64,000 bases of DNA, taken from an uncultured Solirubrobacterales bacterium (GTDB lineage Bacteria; Actinomycetota; Thermoleophilia; Solirubrobacterales; 70-9). Position 1 is the first letter of the stretch. Each line of letters opens with the position of its first letter. Shown here in pieces: positions 63,241 through 64,000 of the stretch. The notes beneath the pieces were generated by a model, which made no database searches, had not been told where the DNA came from, and worked only from the letters and a program-made list of their open reading frames with translations. The translations under genes and the position numbers were made by a program. The stretch covers positions 408,429-472,428 of the forward strand of contig CAWHXR010000001.1 of assembly GCA_963833375.1 (NCBI GenBank), written 5' to 3'.

Positions 63241-63999
63241 ATGCGTGCCCTGATCGACAGAATCGGTAGGTGGCTACCTCAGGGGTATGGGGACGCGGCC
63301 CGGCAGCTCAGCTTGTTCGTGGTCGCGGAGCTCTGCTACGAGGCCGTGCGCGGCGTCGCCGATGGCCAGCGGATGCACGCGATCACCAACGGCCAGCACG
63401 TGATCTCGTTCGAGAAGAGCATCCACGCGTTCTTCGAGCCGAATCTGCAGGCCGCCTTCATCGGCCATCGCTGGATCGTCGACTTCGCGAACTTCATGTA
63501 CATGAACAGTCACTTCGTCGTGACCACGGCGTTCCTGGTCTGGCTCTACATCTTCCGCAATCAAAACTTCTACTTCGTCCGGAACATGTTCATGGTGGCG
63601 ATGGGACTCGCGGTCGTCGGCTACGCCCTGCTGCCGACCGCGCCGCCGCGGATGTTCGACGAGTTCACCGACACGATCACCAAGTACGCGCAGGTCAACC
63701 ACGACTCCGGCCTGGTCAAGCTCTTCATCAACCCCTACGCCGCGATCCCGAGCATGCACGTGGCCTTCTCCACGATGATCGGTGTCACGGGGGCCCTGAT
63801 CTCCAGGCACACCATCAGCCGCGTCCTCTGGTGCGCCTATCCTGTGCTCGTCTTCTGGGTCGTCGTGGTGACCGCGAATCACTTCTGGGTTGACGGCGCG
63901 TTCGGGCTGCTCGTCGCGGCGCTCGCGGCCGTCACCGCTCGGCAGGTCCTGGCCCGCGTCCGGCCCGCCGTTTGGTCCTGGCGGCCAGCGACGGCTTGA
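63241..63999 (+). CDS. PAP2-superfamily (PAP2_3 / inositolphosphotransferase-like) membrane protein
   Basis: Starts at ATG 63241 (MRALIDRIG) inside the longer ORF. Multi-pass, with motifs PSMHVAFS and ANHFWVDG. A TAGAAT -10-like hexamer lies 10 nt upstream, which may indicate a very short leader. Confidence 0.7.
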   Translation: MRALIDRIGRWLPQGYGDAARQLSLFVVAELCYEAVRGVADGQRMHAITNGQHVISFEKSIHAFFEPNLQAAFIGHRWIVDFANFMYMNSHFVVTTAFLVWLYIFRNQNFYFVRNMFMVAMGLAVVGYALLPTAPPRMFDEFTDTITKYAQVNHDSGLVKLFINPYAAIPSMHVAFSTMIGVTGALISRHTISRVLWCAYPVLVFWVVVVTANHFWVDGAFGLLVAALAAVTARQVLARVRPAVWSWRPATA

Positions 64000-64000
64000 G

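Overview
Very GC-rich, gene-dense chromosomal segment, all read by eye with no computed statistics. The gene repertoire looks like Actinomycetota: an hspR-terminated dnaK operon, UdgX, an Rv2578c-type radical SAM enzyme, a GAAC-N4-GTTC LexA box, and many GTG/TTG and probably leaderless starts.

Content from left to right:
- tRNA-Ala(CGC), a GGDEF sensor, a highly acidic disordered protein, glutamate dehydrogenase, tRNA-Ala(UGC), and two orphan membrane proteins.
- An envelope group: DD-carboxypeptidase, a small TM protein, rhomboid, a DUF4395-thioredoxin fusion, and a PG-binding hydrolase.
- A lipA-lipB / pdhABC / lpd supercluster.
- Thiamine genes: thiE plus a coupled 4-TM protein, and divergently a TPP riboswitch followed by thiO and a thiS-thiG fusion.
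- A putative SOS module: udgX, a LexA box, and a radical SAM enzyme whose CX3CX2C motif is split by a LAGLIDADG intein.
- A DUF6766-like protein with an unlisted 27-aa upstream ORF, then sulfate transporter cysPTWA.
- A decayed locus: Rrf2, a tRNA-Lys-like element and an HNH gene.
- A purine cluster (purH,N,F,L,Q,S,C,B,E,D) interrupted by non-pur inserts.
- Lytic cell-wall enzymes, clpB, dnaK-grpE-dnaJ-hspR, an EEP-family hydrolase, cytochrome c, nth, an alpha/beta hydrolase, and PAP2.

Eight loci show frame disruptions or structural decay. Several sit at homopolymer runs, so they may be assembly artefacts. At least two cannot be simple indel errors: an in-frame TGA in the HNH gene and a roughly 100-nt deletion in a SnoaL-like gene.

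No CRISPR array, transposase, integrase or rRNA was seen. Start codons are best guesses. Long Arg/Pro/Gly/Ala-rich ORFs lying opposite or out of frame to recognisable genes are treated as GC-driven shadow ORFs.
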